Of a DNA stretch of 64,000 bases, positions 24,047 to 35,577 are shown in pieces. How positions within the stretch are numbered: the stretch's first letter is position 1; each line of letters begins with the position of its first letter. A model generated the notes under the pieces. The model saw only the letters and a list, made by a program, of their open reading frames with translations. It was not told the DNA's origin and searched no databases. The stretch covers positions 608,001 to 672,000 of the forward strand of contig CAVYNH010000006.1 in NCBI GenBank assembly GCA_963769885.1, read 5' to 3'. Made by a program: the position numbers and the translations under genes. The DNA is from Methanobacteriota archaeon. Lineage in GTDB: Archaea; Thermoplasmatota; E2; DHVEG-1.

Positions 24047-27000
24047 TCACACCAGTGATTCTAATTTGATTCGTGGCACGACCACAAGCGAATTGAGCTC
24101 GTCGATGAGCAGCTTGAAGGCGTAGCTCATCTCGACCGGGTGGATGTCCGCCTTGTCCCCGCAGACGGTGCAGTGGAGGCGGCCATGGCGGTCGATCATG
24201 GCGATGTGCCCGCAGTTGTTACAGACGTATTTCATCGTGATGTCGGATTCATCGAGGAGGCGGTCCTTGATGACCATGGAGGCGCCGTGGCCGATGAGGC
24301 AGTCGCGCTCCATCTCCCCGAACCGCAGTCCTCCCTCTCGGGCGCGGCCTTCGGTGGGCTGGCGGGTGAGGATCTGGACGGGGCCGCGGGATCGGGCGTG
24401 GATCTTGCCGGCGACCATGTGGTGGAGTTTCTGGTAGTAGATGCAGCCGACGAAGATGTCAAAATGCAGGGGCTTGCCGGTCATGCCATCGTAGAAGATC
24501 TCCTTGCCGTTGTGTGTGAACCCGTTCTTGATCAATGCGGAGCGGAGGTTGTCCTCGGATTCGCCGCTGAAGGCGGTGCCGTCGACGGTGCGGCCTTCCA
24601 GGGAGCCGACCTTGCCGCCGATCATTTCGAGGACGTGGGCGACGGTCATCCTGGAGGGGATCGCGTGGGGGTTGATGATGAGGTCCGGGCTCATGCCGGA
24701 CTCGGTGAATGGCATGTTCTCGGTGGGGACGATGTAGCCGATGACGCCTTTCTGGCCGTGTTTGCTGGCGAACTTGTCGCCGAGCTCTGGGATGCGCTGT
24801 TCGCGGACCTTGATCTTGACCATGCGGGAGCCGTTGACGGACTCGGAGAGCATGACCTTGTCGACGATGCCGCCCTCGCCGTGCTGGACGGTGACGGAGG
24901 TCTCACGGCGTTTCTGGGGCGTCAGGAAGTCGGTGGGTTCCTCGAGGAACCGGGGCGGTGAGGTCTTGCCGATGAGGACGTCGCCGCCGTTGACCCCGCT
25001 CTCAGGTGAGATGAGGCCGTCTTCGCCGAGGTTGTTGTAGGAGTCTTCGCTGCGGACGCCGCGGCAGTCGGGGTTGGGGATTTCGAAGTGGTCTTCCTGG
25101 CCGCCGGGGTAGCGTTTCTCTTCGCTGCTGTAGGTACGGATGAAGGTGCTGCGGGCTAGCCCGCGTTCGATGGCCGCCTTGCTCATGACGAGGGCGTCTT
25201 CCATGTTGTAGCCCTGGAAGCTGGCGACGGCGACGATGAAGTTCTGGCCGGCGGGTCGCTCGCGGAACTTGATGTAGCGGATGGCATGCGTCTGGACTAA
25301 GGGGACTTGCGGGTAATGAAGAAGATGCCCGCGGGTGTCGGGGCGGATTCGGTAGTTGGAGGCGCCGAAGCCCAGGGACTGTTTGCCCATGCCTGCGCCC
25401 ATGGTGATACGCGGCGAGCTGTTGTGCTCGGGGTAGGGAACGAGGCTGGAGCCGATCCCCAGGATACACATGGGGTCGAGCTCCATATGGGTGTGATCCG
25501 GGGTGAGGTCTTCTTTGGTGAGGGCGATGAGGGCGTTCTCCTCCTCTTCGGCGTCAATGTATTCGACGATGCCGTCGTTGATGAGGTCGGTCCAGCGTTT
25601 CTTGCCGGCGTTGAGTTCCTCGATGTACTTGGGGGAGAGCGTCATCTTGCCGTTCTCGGTGACGAGGAGCGGGCGGCGCAGTCTGCCGCAGTCGCAGTTG
25701 ACGATGACGTCGTTGCCTTCAACGTCGTAGCAGATGTTGATCTCGTTGGAGAGGAGGCCCTTGCGGCGGCGGTCTCGGAGTTTCTTGACGAGGTCTGCGC
25801 CGTTGGGGTGCATGCCGATGAGGTCCCCGTTGAGGTAGACGCGGGCGCCGGTGACGTGCTTGGTGATTTCCTTGATGCCGAACTCGCGTAGGACGGTTTC
25901 GACATCCTTCTCATTGAATCCTTCTGAGATTTCGACGGTGAGGGCGAGGTTCTTGACCAACCCGCAGTTGGGCCCCTCAGGGGTCTCGTTGGGGCAGAGC
26001 CGGCCCCATTGCGTGGAATGTAAGTCTCGTGCTTCGAAGTGTGGTTGGGATCGGGTCAGTGGGGATGTCACGCGGCGTAGGTGACTCAGCACCGCGAGAT
26101 TGCTCGTGCGGTCCAGGAGTTGTGAGACGCCGGCGCGGCCGCCGACCCAGTTGCCGGTGGCGAGCGCGTGATGAATCCGCTGACTGAGCACATCGGAGCG
26201 CAATGAGCTGGAGATTTTGATTTCCTTGCCCTTAGCGTTGATGCGCTCGATCTGGTACTTGAGGTCTTTGCAGAGGGCGGTGAAGGCGACGCGGAACAGA
26301 TCCTCCATGAGGTCGCCGGCGAGCTTGAGCCGCTTGTTGGCGTAGTGGTCCTTGTCATCAGGCTCACGCCTCCCGAGGGCGAGCTCGAGGACGGCCATGC
26401 CCATGCGGGCCATGAAGATAGCCTTCGTGAGCCGGTCATCCGGCTCGTTGCCCAGATGGGCGAGGAGGTGCCGGTCCATGATGGTCTCGACGCGCTTGAT
26501 ACGGTATTCTTTGGCCTGGCCGCCCGCGAACTTCTTTCCGAGGTACGCGATGGCCTCTTCCTTGGTGGTGATGCCGTATTCCTTGGCGCATTCCTCGATG
26601 TTCGCGAACACGTAGGGCTCCATCTTGGGGTCGGAGCAGATGACGTCGACGATCTCCTTGTCGTTCTCCATGCCAAGGGACCGGAGTAAGACGATGAGCG
26701 GGATCTGCCCGTAGGTGGTGGGCAGGCTGACCATGAGCATGCCGTCCTTGCGTTTCTCAACGACGGTCAGCGCGCGGTAGCCTTCGCGCTGGGAGAAGAC
26801 CTTGGCGACTTCGACGTCCGTACCGTAGCGGCTGGACCGCTCGACCAGGACACGGTTCGGCGCGAGGTCTTCGACGGTGATTAAAACACGCTCGGTGCCG
26901 TTGGAGATGAAGTACCCGCCGGGGTCCAGGGGGTCCTCCTGCAGCTGCTGCAGTTCGGCGATATACTCGTTATCCGTGATAGGATGTTCGAGGCGCTCCT

Positions 27001-27412
27001 CAAGGACATGACGGCTGATGTTGCAGCGCATGCTCTTGACCATGATCGGCAGCTCGCCGATCCGGACCATCTCCGGTTCGTACTCGACCTCGTTCTTCAC
27101 GGGGATGAACTCAAGCTCGATAGGCGCTTCATACGTCAAATCACGGAGGCGCGCTTCCATGGGGGTGAGCGGCCGCTCCGTGCCGTCCGCCTCCTTGACC
27201 TGCGGCAGGCCGACCTTGAGCTTGCCGAACTTGATCTTGTAGCCTTCGATTTCGGGGTAAATGTACCCCTTGTCCATCCCCTCTTCCTCCTGGCCGATGA
27301 CGGTGCTGTCGACGATGCGTTGCAGCCGATGGGCCAGGAAGTCGTCGTAGGACGCGATCTGATGGTTGACGATGCTGCGCTCTCGATAAAAAGCATCAAC
27401 TAACTCTCTCAT
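24047..27412 (-). CDS. rpoB: DNA-directed RNA polymerase subunit B (unsplit Rpo2)
   Basis: [43 protein letters not shown] motifs. Confidence 0.99.
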   Translation of the reverse strand: MRELVDAFYRERSIVNHQIASYDDFLAHRLQRIVDSTVIGQEEEGMDKGYIYPEIEGYKIKFGKLKVGLPQVKEADGTERPLTPMEARLRDLTYEAPIELEFIPVKNEVEYEPEMVRIGELPIMVKSMRCNISRHVLEERLEHPITDNEYIAELQQLQEDPLDPGGYFISNGTERVLITVEDLAPNRVLVERSSRYGTDVEVAKVFSQREGYRALTVVEKRKDGMLMVSLPTTYGQIPLIVLLRSLGMENDKEIVDVICSDPKMEPYVFANIEECAKEYGITTKEEAIAYLGKKFAGGQAKEYRIKRVETIMDRHLLAHLGNEPDDRLTKAIFMARMGMAVLELALGRREPDDKDHYANKRLKLAGDLMEDLFRVAFTALCKDLKYQIERINAKGKEIKISSSLRSDVLSQRIHHALATGNWVGGRAGVSQLLDRTSNLAVLSHLRRVTSPLTRSQPHFEARDLHSTQWGRLCPNETPEGPNCGLVKNLALTVEISEGFNEKDVETVLREFGIKEITKHVTGARVYLNGDLIGMHPNGADLVKKLRDRRRKGLLSNEINICYDVEGNDVIVNCDCGRLRRPLLVTENGKMTLSPKYIEELNAGKKRWTDLINDGIVEYIDAEEEENALIALTKEDLTPDHTHMELDPMCILGIGSSLVPYPEHNSSPRITMGAGMGKQSLGFGASNYRIRPDTRGHLLHYPQVPLVQTHAIRYIKFRERPAGQNFIVAVASFQGYNMEDALVMSKAAIERGLARSTFIRTYSSEEKRYPGGQEDHFEIPNPDCRGVRSEDSYNNLGEDGLISPESGVNGGDVLIGKTSPPRFLEEPTDFLTPQKRRETSVTVQHGEGGIVDKVMLSESVNGSRMVKIKVREQRIPELGDKFASKHGQKGVIGYIVPTENMPFTESGMSPDLIINPHAIPSRMTVAHVLEMIGGKVGSLEGRTVDGTAFSGESEDNLRSALIKNGFTHNGKEIFYDGMTGKPLHFDIFVGCIYYQKLHHMVAGKIHARSRGPVQILTRQPTEGRAREGGLRFGEMERDCLIGHGASMVIKDRLLDESDITMKYVCNNCGHIAMIDRHGRLHCTVCGDKADIHPVEMSYAFKLLIDELNSLVVVPRIKLESLV

Positions 27413-27437
27413 ACCCTACCCCTTTTCATTCTCCCTT

Positions 27438-27761
27438 TTACATCTCGTCACTTGACATGGAAAAATCTTCACTTGGCTCGGTGAAGATGGATAATTCGCT
27501 CGCTTCGCTCTCCACGACCAGTCGGTACGCAGTCGTGTACTTGGCAGTAGGACTCTTCCTCTTGACCTTGATGATGTTACCCGGCTTAGCGTCCACCGCC
27601 ACCGCTGCAGGATCATTGGCCAGGATCCGAGGCAGCTGCTCCGCTCGAATCTTGAAGCGCGTCAGGAGATCCTTGCGTTCTTTCTCTGAGAGTATCATAT
27701 GGTCTGGTACAAGTGTGTGTCCAAGGATGTCGTAGTGCTTCTTCGATGGGGTCGCGGCGAT
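27438..27761 (-). CDS. rpoH: DNA-directed RNA polymerase subunit H (Rpo5), probable non-AUG start
   Basis: YDILGHTLVPDHMILS...QLPRILANDPA...KRKSPTA...YRLV. The conserved N-terminal part lies upstream of the first in-frame ATG (27698). Confidence 0.93.
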   Translation of the reverse strand: MAATPSKKHYDILGHTLVPDHMILSEKERKDLLTRFKIRAEQLPRILANDPAAVAVDAKPGNIIKVKRKSPTAKYTTAYRLVVESEASELSIFTEPSEDFSMSSDEM

Positions 27762-27797
27762 TGTTCATTCCTCCCGGGCTTTTTTTGAGGAATTAGG

Positions 27798-27871
27798 CGG
27801 GCCTGAAGGGATTCGAACCCTTGGCCACCTGGTTAAAAGCCAGATGCTCTACCTAACTGAGCTACAGGCCC
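27798..27871 (-). tRNA. tRNA-Lys(TTT)
   Basis: GGGCCTGTAGCTCAGTTAGGTAGAGCATCTGGCTTTTAACCAGGTGGCCAAGGGTTCGAATCCCTTCAGGCCCG. Confidence 0.96.
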
Positions 27872-28049
27872 ATACATATAGGGCCTACTGCCCGATAGAT
27901 TCAATATATATTCTACTCTAATCATAGTAGCGGTCGGACGGCTTACCCGTAATACAATTTCCCCTATAAATACTTTTATTTATTTTTCTCGGGGATAGAC
28001 GGAGTCACCGCTCGCTTTATTACGGAGTCGGCGGATATCACCAGACTAT

Positions 28050-28679
28050 ATGAAGGTTGCGGAGCTGTTCTACTCGCTTCAGGGTGAAGGCTGCCTGAGC
28101 GGCCGGCCCACCGTCTTCATTCGCACCACCGGCTGCAACCTCCGCTGCCGCTACTGCGACACCGCCTACGCCTATGAAGGCGGCACCCCGATGACGCCGG
28201 ATGAGATCCTCCGGGCGCTCGCGCAGTACCCCTGCCGGACCTGCTGCGTCACTGGCGGCGAGCCGCTCCTGCAGCCCGACCTCGAGACCCTCATCTCCGC
28301 CCTGGTCCTCAACCGCTACCAGGTCAGCATCGAAACCAACGGCAGCCGCCCTATTACCCCTTTCATCGAGGATGACCCGGTCATGGTCTCATTGGACATC
28401 AAATGCCCCTCATCGGGGATGCAACAGTACAACGACTACGACAACCTCGCCAGGCTGCGCGACCAGGATCAACTGAAGTTCATCGTCGGCGACCGCGTGG
28501 ACTACGACTTCGCCAAAGAGGTCCTGCGCCGACATCGGCCCCGCGGCACCGTATTTCTTCAGCCGGTCTGGGGCACCGACCCCGCGAAACTGGCGGGCTG
28601 GATACTCGATGACGCACTTGAGGTGCGGCTTGGCATCCAATTGCACAAATGCCTGTGGGGAACAGCGCGAAAAAAATGA
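28050..28679 (+). CDS. queE: 7-carboxy-7-deazaguanine synthase (radical SAM)
   Basis: ELFYSLQGEG, FIRTTGCNLRCRYCDT, TGGEPLLQ, IETNGS, QLHK motifs. Confidence 0.92.
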   Translation: MKVAELFYSLQGEGCLSGRPTVFIRTTGCNLRCRYCDTAYAYEGGTPMTPDEILRALAQYPCRTCCVTGGEPLLQPDLETLISALVLNRYQVSIETNGSRPITPFIEDDPVMVSLDIKCPSSGMQQYNDYDNLARLRDQDQLKFIVGDRVDYDFAKEVLRRHRPRGTVFLQPVWGTDPAKLAGWILDDALEVRLGIQLHKCLWGTARKK

Positions 28680-28809
28680 TTTCCTCCATATAAAAAAAGT
28701 CTTTGTGAACACAAAGTATATACACCAAAAGCGCATTCAGTCTTGAATTCTACCGAGGAAAAAACCCCCCAGGAGTAATTCTCCAGAATATTTGAGGTGA
28801 AGATAGTCT

Positions 28810-29529
28810 ATGCAACCATCCAACATGGCGTATGATAGAGCGATTACCGTGTTCTCCCCCGACGGTCGCCTCTTCCAAGTCGAGTATGCGCGAGAGGCCG
28901 TGAAACGTGGGACGACCACCGTCGGCGTGAAATTCAAGGATGGCGTCATCCTCATCGTGGACAAGCGCATCTCCTCACGCCTCATCGAACCGGACTCCAT
29001 CGAGAAGATCTTCGTGATTGACGATCACATCGGCTGCGCGACCTCTGGGCTCGTCGCCGATGCCCGCGCGCTCATCGACAAGGCGCGGCTCGACGCCCAG
29101 ATCAACGAGATCACCTACAGCGAGAAGATCCCGGTCCAGACCCTCGTCAAACGCATCTGCGACTTCAAACAAACCTACACCCAGTACGGCGGCGTCCGCC
29201 CCTTCGGAACCGCCCTCCTAATCGCTGGCGTGGATGAGACCGGTGCCCGGCTGTTCTCCACCGACCCCTCCGGGGCCCTCATGGAGTACAAGGCGGCCAG
29301 CGAAGGCGCCGGCCGCACCGGAGCCATGTCCTATTTCGAAGAGCAATACAAGGACAACATGAGCATGGATGACGCCATCGACATGGGCATCAAGGCCCTG
29401 CACAAAGGCACCGAAGGCAAACTCAACCCCGACGCCATCGAGATCGGGGCGGTCCGCAAAGGCGTCAAGTTTCACATCCTGTCGCCGAACGAGACCAAGA
29501 CCTACGTTTCTAAAGCTATCGGGAAGTAA
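28810..29529 (+). CDS. psmA: Proteasome subunit alpha
   Basis: [24 protein letters not shown] signature. Confidence 0.99.
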   Translation: MQPSNMAYDRAITVFSPDGRLFQVEYAREAVKRGTTTVGVKFKDGVILIVDKRISSRLIEPDSIEKIFVIDDHIGCATSGLVADARALIDKARLDAQINEITYSEKIPVQTLVKRICDFKQTYTQYGGVRPFGTALLIAGVDETGARLFSTDPSGALMEYKAASEGAGRTGAMSYFEEQYKDNMSMDDAIDMGIKALHKGTEGKLNPDAIEIGAVRKGVKFHILSPNETKTYVSKAIGK

Positions 29530-29532
29530 GAT

Positions 29533-30228
29533 ATGGTCAGCCTCGAAGACGCCGTCGTCGCCCGCCTGAAGAAAGGCACAGACCATTTTGAGATCCTCGT
29601 CGATCCCTACGAAGCAGAACACATCATCGAAGGAAAGACCGACGCGATCCTGAAAGCCCTGGCCATCGACGCGATCTTCAGCGACTCCCGCAAAGGCACC
29701 CACGCCTCCACCGAGCTCCTCCAGAAACACTTCAACACCACCAGCGTCGAGCCCATCGCCAAGGAGATCATCCTGAAGGGCGAGATCCAGCTCACCACCG
29801 ACCAACGACGAGAACTCCAAGAGCAGAAGCGCAAACGCATCATTGATATGATTGTCAAGAACGCCATGGATCCCCGGACCAAGGCGCCGCACCCTCGGAC
29901 CCGCATCGAACTCGCCATGGACCAGGCCCGCATCCACATCGACCCTTTCAAATCCGTCAACCAACAAATGAAAAGCATCCTCGAAGCGCTCCGACCCCTA
30001 CTGCCCATCTCCATGGAGGCCTCCCGGGTCTCTATCAAGATCCCCGCGCAGTTCGTCGGCCCCGCGTACGGCGCCGTCAGAAGCATCGCCACCATCGAAC
30101 GGGAAGACTGGCAGTCCGACGGCACCTGGATCGGTATCGTCAAACTCCCCGCCGGTCTCCAAAGCGAGCTTTTCGACAAGCTCAACAGTCTCACCAAAGG
30201 CAACGTAGAAACCAGACTACTCAAATAA
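29533..30228 (+). CDS. sdo1: Ribosome maturation factor SBDS/Sdo1
   Basis: VVARL..FEILVDP, KGEIQLT, PHPRTRIELAM, IDPFKS motifs; operon context. Confidence 0.96.
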   Translation: MVSLEDAVVARLKKGTDHFEILVDPYEAEHIIEGKTDAILKALAIDAIFSDSRKGTHASTELLQKHFNTTSVEPIAKEIILKGEIQLTTDQRRELQEQKRKRIIDMIVKNAMDPRTKAPHPRTRIELAMDQARIHIDPFKSVNQQMKSILEALRPLLPISMEASRVSIKIPAQFVGPAYGAVRSIATIEREDWQSDGTWIGIVKLPAGLQSELFDKLNSLTKGNVETRLLK

Positions 30229-30254
30229 ACCCCATAGAAAAGAAGGCAGTTTTT

Positions 30255-30935
30255 ATGGAACAAAAAACCCGCCATGTCGTAATTCCCAGCGAATGCATCG
30301 GCGACGCCACCCGGCTCAAAGCCGGACGCGGCACCTTCGTCGACCACGGGAAGATCTACAGCGAACACCTCGGCATCCTCAACCAGCAGGGCAACGTCCT
30401 GCAGGTCATGCCGCTCAAAGGCCGTTATAACCCCATCCCCGGCGACTTCGTCATCGCCATCGTCCTGGAGGCCATGCAGTCGAGCTGGCTCGTGGACATT
30501 AACGCCCCCTACCCCGCAGTCCTCCACGTCAACGAGGCGCCCTGGGAAGTCGAGTTCGGCGACACCGCCCGGTACCTCAACGCCGGCGACTCGCTCCTTG
30601 CCAAGGTCCTCTCCGTGGACGAATCCAAGAAGCTCCAAGTCACCCTCAAGGACCGCAATCTCTATAAAATCAAGGGCGGTAACATCATCGAAGTGGACCC
30701 CTCCATCGTCCCCCGCATCATCGGCAAGCAGGGCTCGATGATCGCCAACATCAAGAAATACTCCCGCAGCCGCATCTTCGTCGGGCAGAACGGGCGTATC
30801 TGGATTGACGGCCCGGTGGACGGCATCGAACTCGTCCTCCTTGCCATCAACAAGATTGAGAGTGAAGCCATCTCGTATGGGCTTACCGACAGAGTCGAAG
30901 AACTCTTAAGAGAACACGCAAAGGATGTACGATAA
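30255..30935 (+). CDS. rrp4: Exosome RNA-binding protein Rrp4
   Basis: S1 + KH domains: [37 protein letters not shown]. Confidence 0.95.
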   Translation: MEQKTRHVVIPSECIGDATRLKAGRGTFVDHGKIYSEHLGILNQQGNVLQVMPLKGRYNPIPGDFVIAIVLEAMQSSWLVDINAPYPAVLHVNEAPWEVEFGDTARYLNAGDSLLAKVLSVDESKKLQVTLKDRNLYKIKGGNIIEVDPSIVPRIIGKQGSMIANIKKYSRSRIFVGQNGRIWIDGPVDGIELVLLAINKIESEAISYGLTDRVEELLREHAKDVR

Positions 30936-31662
30936 CATGAAGCCAGAAAAACTCATCGTAGACGGCCGCCGGCTCGATGGCCGCGGCCCCAGCGATCTAC
31001 GGAAGATCAAAATCGAGGCAGGCGTCCTGCATCGAGCAGACGGCTCTGCCTATTTGGAATGGGGCGGCAACAAGGTGTTTGCCGCGGTGTACGGGCCTCG
31101 TGAGGCCGTGCCCCGCCACATCCAGAACCCCCTCAGGGCCATCGTCAACGCCCGGTACAACATGGCGGCGTTCAGCGTTGAGGACCGCAAGCGTCCCGGG
31201 CCGGACCGCCGCAGCGTCGAGATCTCCAAGGTCATCTCCGAGGCGTTGCAACGCTGTATTCTCACCGAGCAGTTCCCCCGCGCGTCCGTGGACGTCAACA
31301 TCGAGGTCCTGGATGCAGAGGCGGGCACCCGGTGCGCCGGGCTGACCGCCGCCGCGGTCGCGCTCGTGGACGCGGGGATTCCCATGCGGGACATCCCGGT
31401 GGCCTGCGCGGCCGGCAAGATCGACGGGCAGGTCGTCGTCGACCTCGGCAAGGAAGAGGACAACTTCGGTCAGGCTGACCTGCCGATGGCGATTGCGCCC
31501 CGGACTGGTGAAGTGCTTCTCCTGCAGATGGATGGGCATCTCACGGTCGAGGAGTTCAACAAGGCCTTTGATATGGCCGTCGAAGGGTGCTGTAAGGTCT
31601 CCGAGATTCAGAAGAAGGCGATTATGCAGCGTTATCACGTGGTCGACGAGGTGATCGAATGA
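30925..31662 (+). CDS. rrp41: Exosome exonuclease Rrp41
   Basis: [44 protein letters not shown] motifs. Confidence 0.97.
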   Translation: MYDNMKPEKLIVDGRRLDGRGPSDLRKIKIEAGVLHRADGSAYLEWGGNKVFAAVYGPREAVPRHIQNPLRAIVNARYNMAAFSVEDRKRPGPDRRSVEISKVISEALQRCILTEQFPRASVDVNIEVLDAEAGTRCAGLTAAAVALVDAGIPMRDIPVACAAGKIDGQVVVDLGKEEDNFGQADLPMAIAPRTGEVLLLQMDGHLTVEEFNKAFDMAVEGCCKVSEIQKKAIMQRYHVVDEVIE

Positions 31663-32564
31663 CGGTCATTCCGGTGTTGAAGAAGGAGTACGTCACGAAG
31701 CTTGCCGAGGAGGGTAAGCGCGTTGACGGCAGGGCCTTTGGCCACTATCGGCCCATCTCGATTGAGACGAACTGCGTCAACAAGGCTGAGGGTAGTGCCC
31801 GTGTGAAGATCGGGAACACCCAGGTCATCGTCGGCATCAAGATGGATGTTGGTGAGCCATTCCCGGACACGCCTGATTGTGGAGTCTTGAGCACGGCCGC
31901 GGAGCTTATCCCGCTGGCCTCGCCCGATTTCGAGGCTGGGCCGCCGCAGCGTAATGCGATCGAGCTGGCGCGGGTCGTGGACCGAGGCGTCCGCGAATCC
32001 GAGGTCGTCGATATCCATAAGCTTGTCATCAGCCCTGGGGAAAAAGTCTGGATCGTCTTCATCGATATCCATATCCTGGACTACGACGGCAATCTGTTTG
32101 ACGCGGCGTCTCTGGGCGCGCTTGCTGCCCTGTTGACCACGAAGATCCCCATCCTTCGGATGATGGAGTCCGGTGCGTTGGATAAAAAGGATCTCGAGGA
32201 ATGGTACAGTCGGACGAACAACGAAGAGATCCGAGAGCTGTATTCCACCCCGGATTTTGACGAGATCGTCGCCAAGAAGAAGCAGGGCGTATTGTCACGG
32301 ATTGGTCTGCCGATGACCGAGCCGCCGATCTCCTGCACCGCGGTGAAGATCGCGAACTTCGTCCTCTTCGACCCCAGTCTGGACGAGGAGGAGCTCGCGG
32401 ATGCCCGTCTGACCGTCGCGACCGATACGAACGGGGACATCCGGGCGATGCAGAAGGGCCTGGCCGGCAGCTTCACCAAAGAGGAGATCCAAGGCGTCAT
32501 CCAGGGCGCGCTGGAGAACGGCCGGACCGTCCGCGAAAAACTCTCAGAAAGCATCGGCAAATAG
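31659..32564 (+). CDS. rrp42: Exosome protein Rrp42
   Basis: [41 protein letters not shown] motifs. Confidence 0.97.
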   Translation: MTVIPVLKKEYVTKLAEEGKRVDGRAFGHYRPISIETNCVNKAEGSARVKIGNTQVIVGIKMDVGEPFPDTPDCGVLSTAAELIPLASPDFEAGPPQRNAIELARVVDRGVRESEVVDIHKLVISPGEKVWIVFIDIHILDYDGNLFDAASLGALAALLTTKIPILRMMESGALDKKDLEEWYSRTNNEEIRELYSTPDFDEIVAKKKQGVLSRIGLPMTEPPISCTAVKIANFVLFDPSLDEEELADARLTVATDTNGDIRAMQKGLAGSFTKEEIQGVIQGALENGRTVREKLSESIGK

Positions 32565-32668
32565 CGTTCCGTCCCTCTTTTTTTCCTTTTTTTTAATTCC
32601 CTTTGACTTTCCCGGAGGCATGGTTTTAAATATATGATACAGATGTCCTCTGTAAGGGAGAATGAATT

Positions 32669-33097
32669 ATGAAGAAACTAACCGTTATCCTTGGCATAAG
32701 CCTCGTGCTTCTTTCGTTAGCACCCATAACCTCAGCCGCTATCCCCGGCAGGCATCTCCTGCGACACCGCCAGCCGATGCCGACCGATGGCAACTTCACG
32801 GGAGTCATCGCCATTAAAAACGAAACCGGCTACGTCCCCGTCGGTGAATTCAGCGGCACCTACGCGGGCTTCACCTTCGAAGGAACCTGGAGCGAAGGGA
32901 GCGCCACCGGCACCATGATGGGCTGGGCCTGGGGCCACATCTTCATCGGGCAGATGAACGTCACCGGCATGAACCAGAGCACCTGGTTCGGCGGGCTCTT
33001 CCACGTCAACGCCACGGCATCCACCTTCCGCGCCGTGTCCATCATCCTTCTCGGCGAAAACTACACCATCCGCTACGCCCTCGGGGACCTCGAATAA
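32669..33097 (+). CDS. Hypothetical secreted beta-rich protein
   Basis: Signal peptide MKKLTVILG; own TATA (TTTAAATA) upstream. Confidence 0.75.
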   Translation: MKKLTVILGISLVLLSLAPITSAAIPGRHLLRHRQPMPTDGNFTGVIAIKNETGYVPVGEFSGTYAGFTFEGTWSEGSATGTMMGWAWGHIFIGQMNVTGMNQSTWFGGLFHVNATASTFRAVSIILLGENYTIRYALGDLE

Positions 33098-33192
33098 TCG
33101 GGCCTCCCCCATTTCTTCCTTTTTTTCCTCTCTTGTAGGGGAAATGCTATAAATACCTCCCGACATTTCTTCATACCAAAAGGGGGATTCTC

Positions 33193-34783
33193 ATGCCATC
33201 CAGGATACGTTGTCTTGTCGTCTTCATTGTCCTCGTTAGCATCCTCGGCGGCCTCGCCCCCTTCACCCAAGGCATCACACCCCGCTCCCTCCGACCTCTT
33301 AGCATAACCCTCTATGTCGGGGGATCGGGACCGAACAACTACACCCGGATCCAGGACGCCATCGATAACGCCACCGCTGGCGACACCATCTACGTCTACC
33401 CAGGCACCTACGTCGAACGCCTCCTCATCACCAAGACCCTCACCCTCATCGGCGCCTCGGCACCAGAGACGATCATCGACGGCAACGGCAGCGGCAACGT
33501 CGTCAAGATACAAACCGCCGCCGACGTGACCGTGACCGATTTTACCCTGCAGAACGGCGGCATCGGCGCCTACCTCGTCCAAGCAACCAGGGCCCATATC
33601 CACCACACGCTCATCACCGACAACTGGGAAGGCATCGGCCTCCTGAACAGCACCTCCTGCACCCTCCACAACAACCGCATCACCCACAACGGCTTCGAAG
33701 GCATCAACCCCGTCCACACCGTCGGCACCAGCATCACCAATAACCTGATCGTCGACCACCTCGAAGGCATCTACCTCGTCGGGTCCACCAGCAGCATCGT
33801 CACCAACAACACCTTCAAAGCCAACTCCCGCGGCATCGAAGTCCGCGAATCCTCCAACAGCAACCAGTTCTACCACAACAATTTCTACTCAAGCGAAGAA
33901 GACAACGCCTACGATGAATGCACCAACACCTGGGACCACGGCTACCCCAGCGGCGGCAACTACTGGGACGACTACCACGGCCAGGACAACAACCACGACG
34001 GAATCGGCGACACCCCCTATGCCATCCCGGGAGGCAACAACCACAACCGATACCCCCTCATGCTTCCCCGAAACCACGCCCCTGACCAGCCAGCCGCCCC
34101 AAAACCCTCCAACGGCGCGACGAACGTATTTTTAAATCCTGCCCTGTCCGTTTTCGTCTCCGACCCCAATGGGGATGCACTCTCTGTCTCCTTCTACGAC
34201 GCCTCAACCCATCAGCTCATCGGCACCGTCTCCAACGTCCCCAGCCTCACCCGCGCCACCCTCACTTGGCACGCCGTCTCGCCCTACACCCAGTATGAAT
34301 GGTACGTGGTCGCCAGCGACGGCTCGCAGTCCAACCAATCCCAGACCTGGACCTTTACGAACCGGGAACGGGACGAACCTGCCGCCCACAGCCCCCGTCA
34401 TCCATGGCCCTGCCTCCGGGATGGTGGGGCACCCCTGTAACTTCACCTTCCTCTCCACAGACCCTGAAGGCTTCCCAGTCTCATACTACATAACCTGGGG
34501 CGATGGGACGCCCTCAACCTGGATCGGGCCATTTGCCTCCGGTCGGGAGGTCACGATAAACCATACCTGGGAGAAACGAGGATTGTATAGCATTCGAGCC
34601 AAGGCGAGAGACAGCCAGGGCGTCGAGAGCGGCTGGGGGACGTTCTTCGTCATCCGCATACCGATCTCACAGACCCTTCCACCCAGCATCTTGTGGCAAC
34701 GCCTCATCGCGCGATGCCAACAGATTCTCCAATGGCTGCGAGACAACCTGCCGATTCGAGGGCTCCCTTTTCTCCAGGGTTGA
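33193..34783 (+). CDS. NosD/beta-helix + PKD surface protein, interrupted by a +1 frameshift near 34360
   Basis: TLYVGGSGPNNYTRIQDAI...GGNYWDDY...TWTFT continues as TGNGTNLPPTAPVIHGP...WGDGT in another frame (ACC TTT ACG A ACC GGG). Confidence 0.85.
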
Positions 34784-34906
34784 AGGCTGCCTTCCTTGCA
34801 GAAAGATACAAATACTCCTTTTTGTTATGCATGGAGACATAAGATATAAATAACGCAATTCACGTACGCTGTCTCCCCACTCTGTGGGATTCCACGAGGA
34901 TTCATC

Positions 34907-35194
34907 ATGTCACGACGAACCAAGAAAGTCGGCACCTCCGGCCGCTTCCAATCCCGATACGGGGTCAAATCACGGACGATCGTCCGCGAAATCGAATCAC
35001 AACAGCGCCAAAACCACCCATGCCCCAGCTGCGGCGCGCTCAACGTCCACCGCACGAGCACCGGCATCTGGCAGTGCAGGAAATGCGGCTACACCTTCGC
35101 CGGTGGCGCCTACATGCCCACCACACCCTCCGGGACTAGCGCGGATCGCATCCTTCGTGGCCTCGCGGTCGAACCCGCCGCAAAAGAGGAGTAA
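34907..35194 (+). CDS. rpl37ae: 50S ribosomal protein L37Ae
   Basis: RTKKVGTSGRFQSRYG, CPSC...GIWQCRKC..FAGGAY motifs. Confidence 0.97.
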   Translation: MSRRTKKVGTSGRFQSRYGVKSRTIVREIESQQRQNHPCPSCGALNVHRTSTGIWQCRKCGYTFAGGAYMPTTPSGTSADRILRGLAVEPAAKEE

Positions 35195-35200
35195 CCAACT

Positions 35201-35341
35201 ATGACACGGTATAAGTGCGGTCTATGCAAGAAATCCGTGCAGTTCGACGTCAAAAACATCGGGATGCAATGCCCGTACTGCGGCAGCAAGGTCTTCTACA
35301 AGGAACGCCCCACGGTGGCCAAACGCATCAAATCCGCATGA
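35201..35341 (+). CDS. rpoP: DNA-directed RNA polymerase subunit P (Rpo12; 46 aa, not in the ORF track)
   Basis: MTRYKCGLCKKSVQFDVKNIGMQCPYCGSKVFYKERPTVAKRIKSA; conserved position after rpl37ae. Confidence 0.93.
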   Translation: MTRYKCGLCKKSVQFDVKNIGMQCPYCGSKVFYKERPTVAKRIKSA

Positions 35342-35577
35342 CCCATCACGTCATTTTTTCATTTCCCTTTGCCACCCCGCGCGACGCAGAGATCATCGCC
35401 CAGACCTTATCCCCCGAGATTACTCAACACATCCCAAAATCCACAACCAGCCTCCACATCACCGGCACAACCCTGACCCTGACGATCACCGCTGAGGAAC
35501 TCTCCAGCCTGCGAGCAGCCTGCAACTCCTACCTGCGCTGGATCCAGACGGCGATCAGTGTCAAAGACCTCGTCTAA
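35338..35577 (+). CDS. pcc1: KEOPS complex subunit Pcc1
   Basis: ITAEELSSLRAACNSYLRWI motif; ATGA overlap with rpoP. Confidence 0.9.
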   Translation: MTHHVIFSFPFATPRDAEIIAQTLSPEITQHIPKSTTSLHITGTTLTLTITAEELSSLRAACNSYLRWIQTAISVKDLV

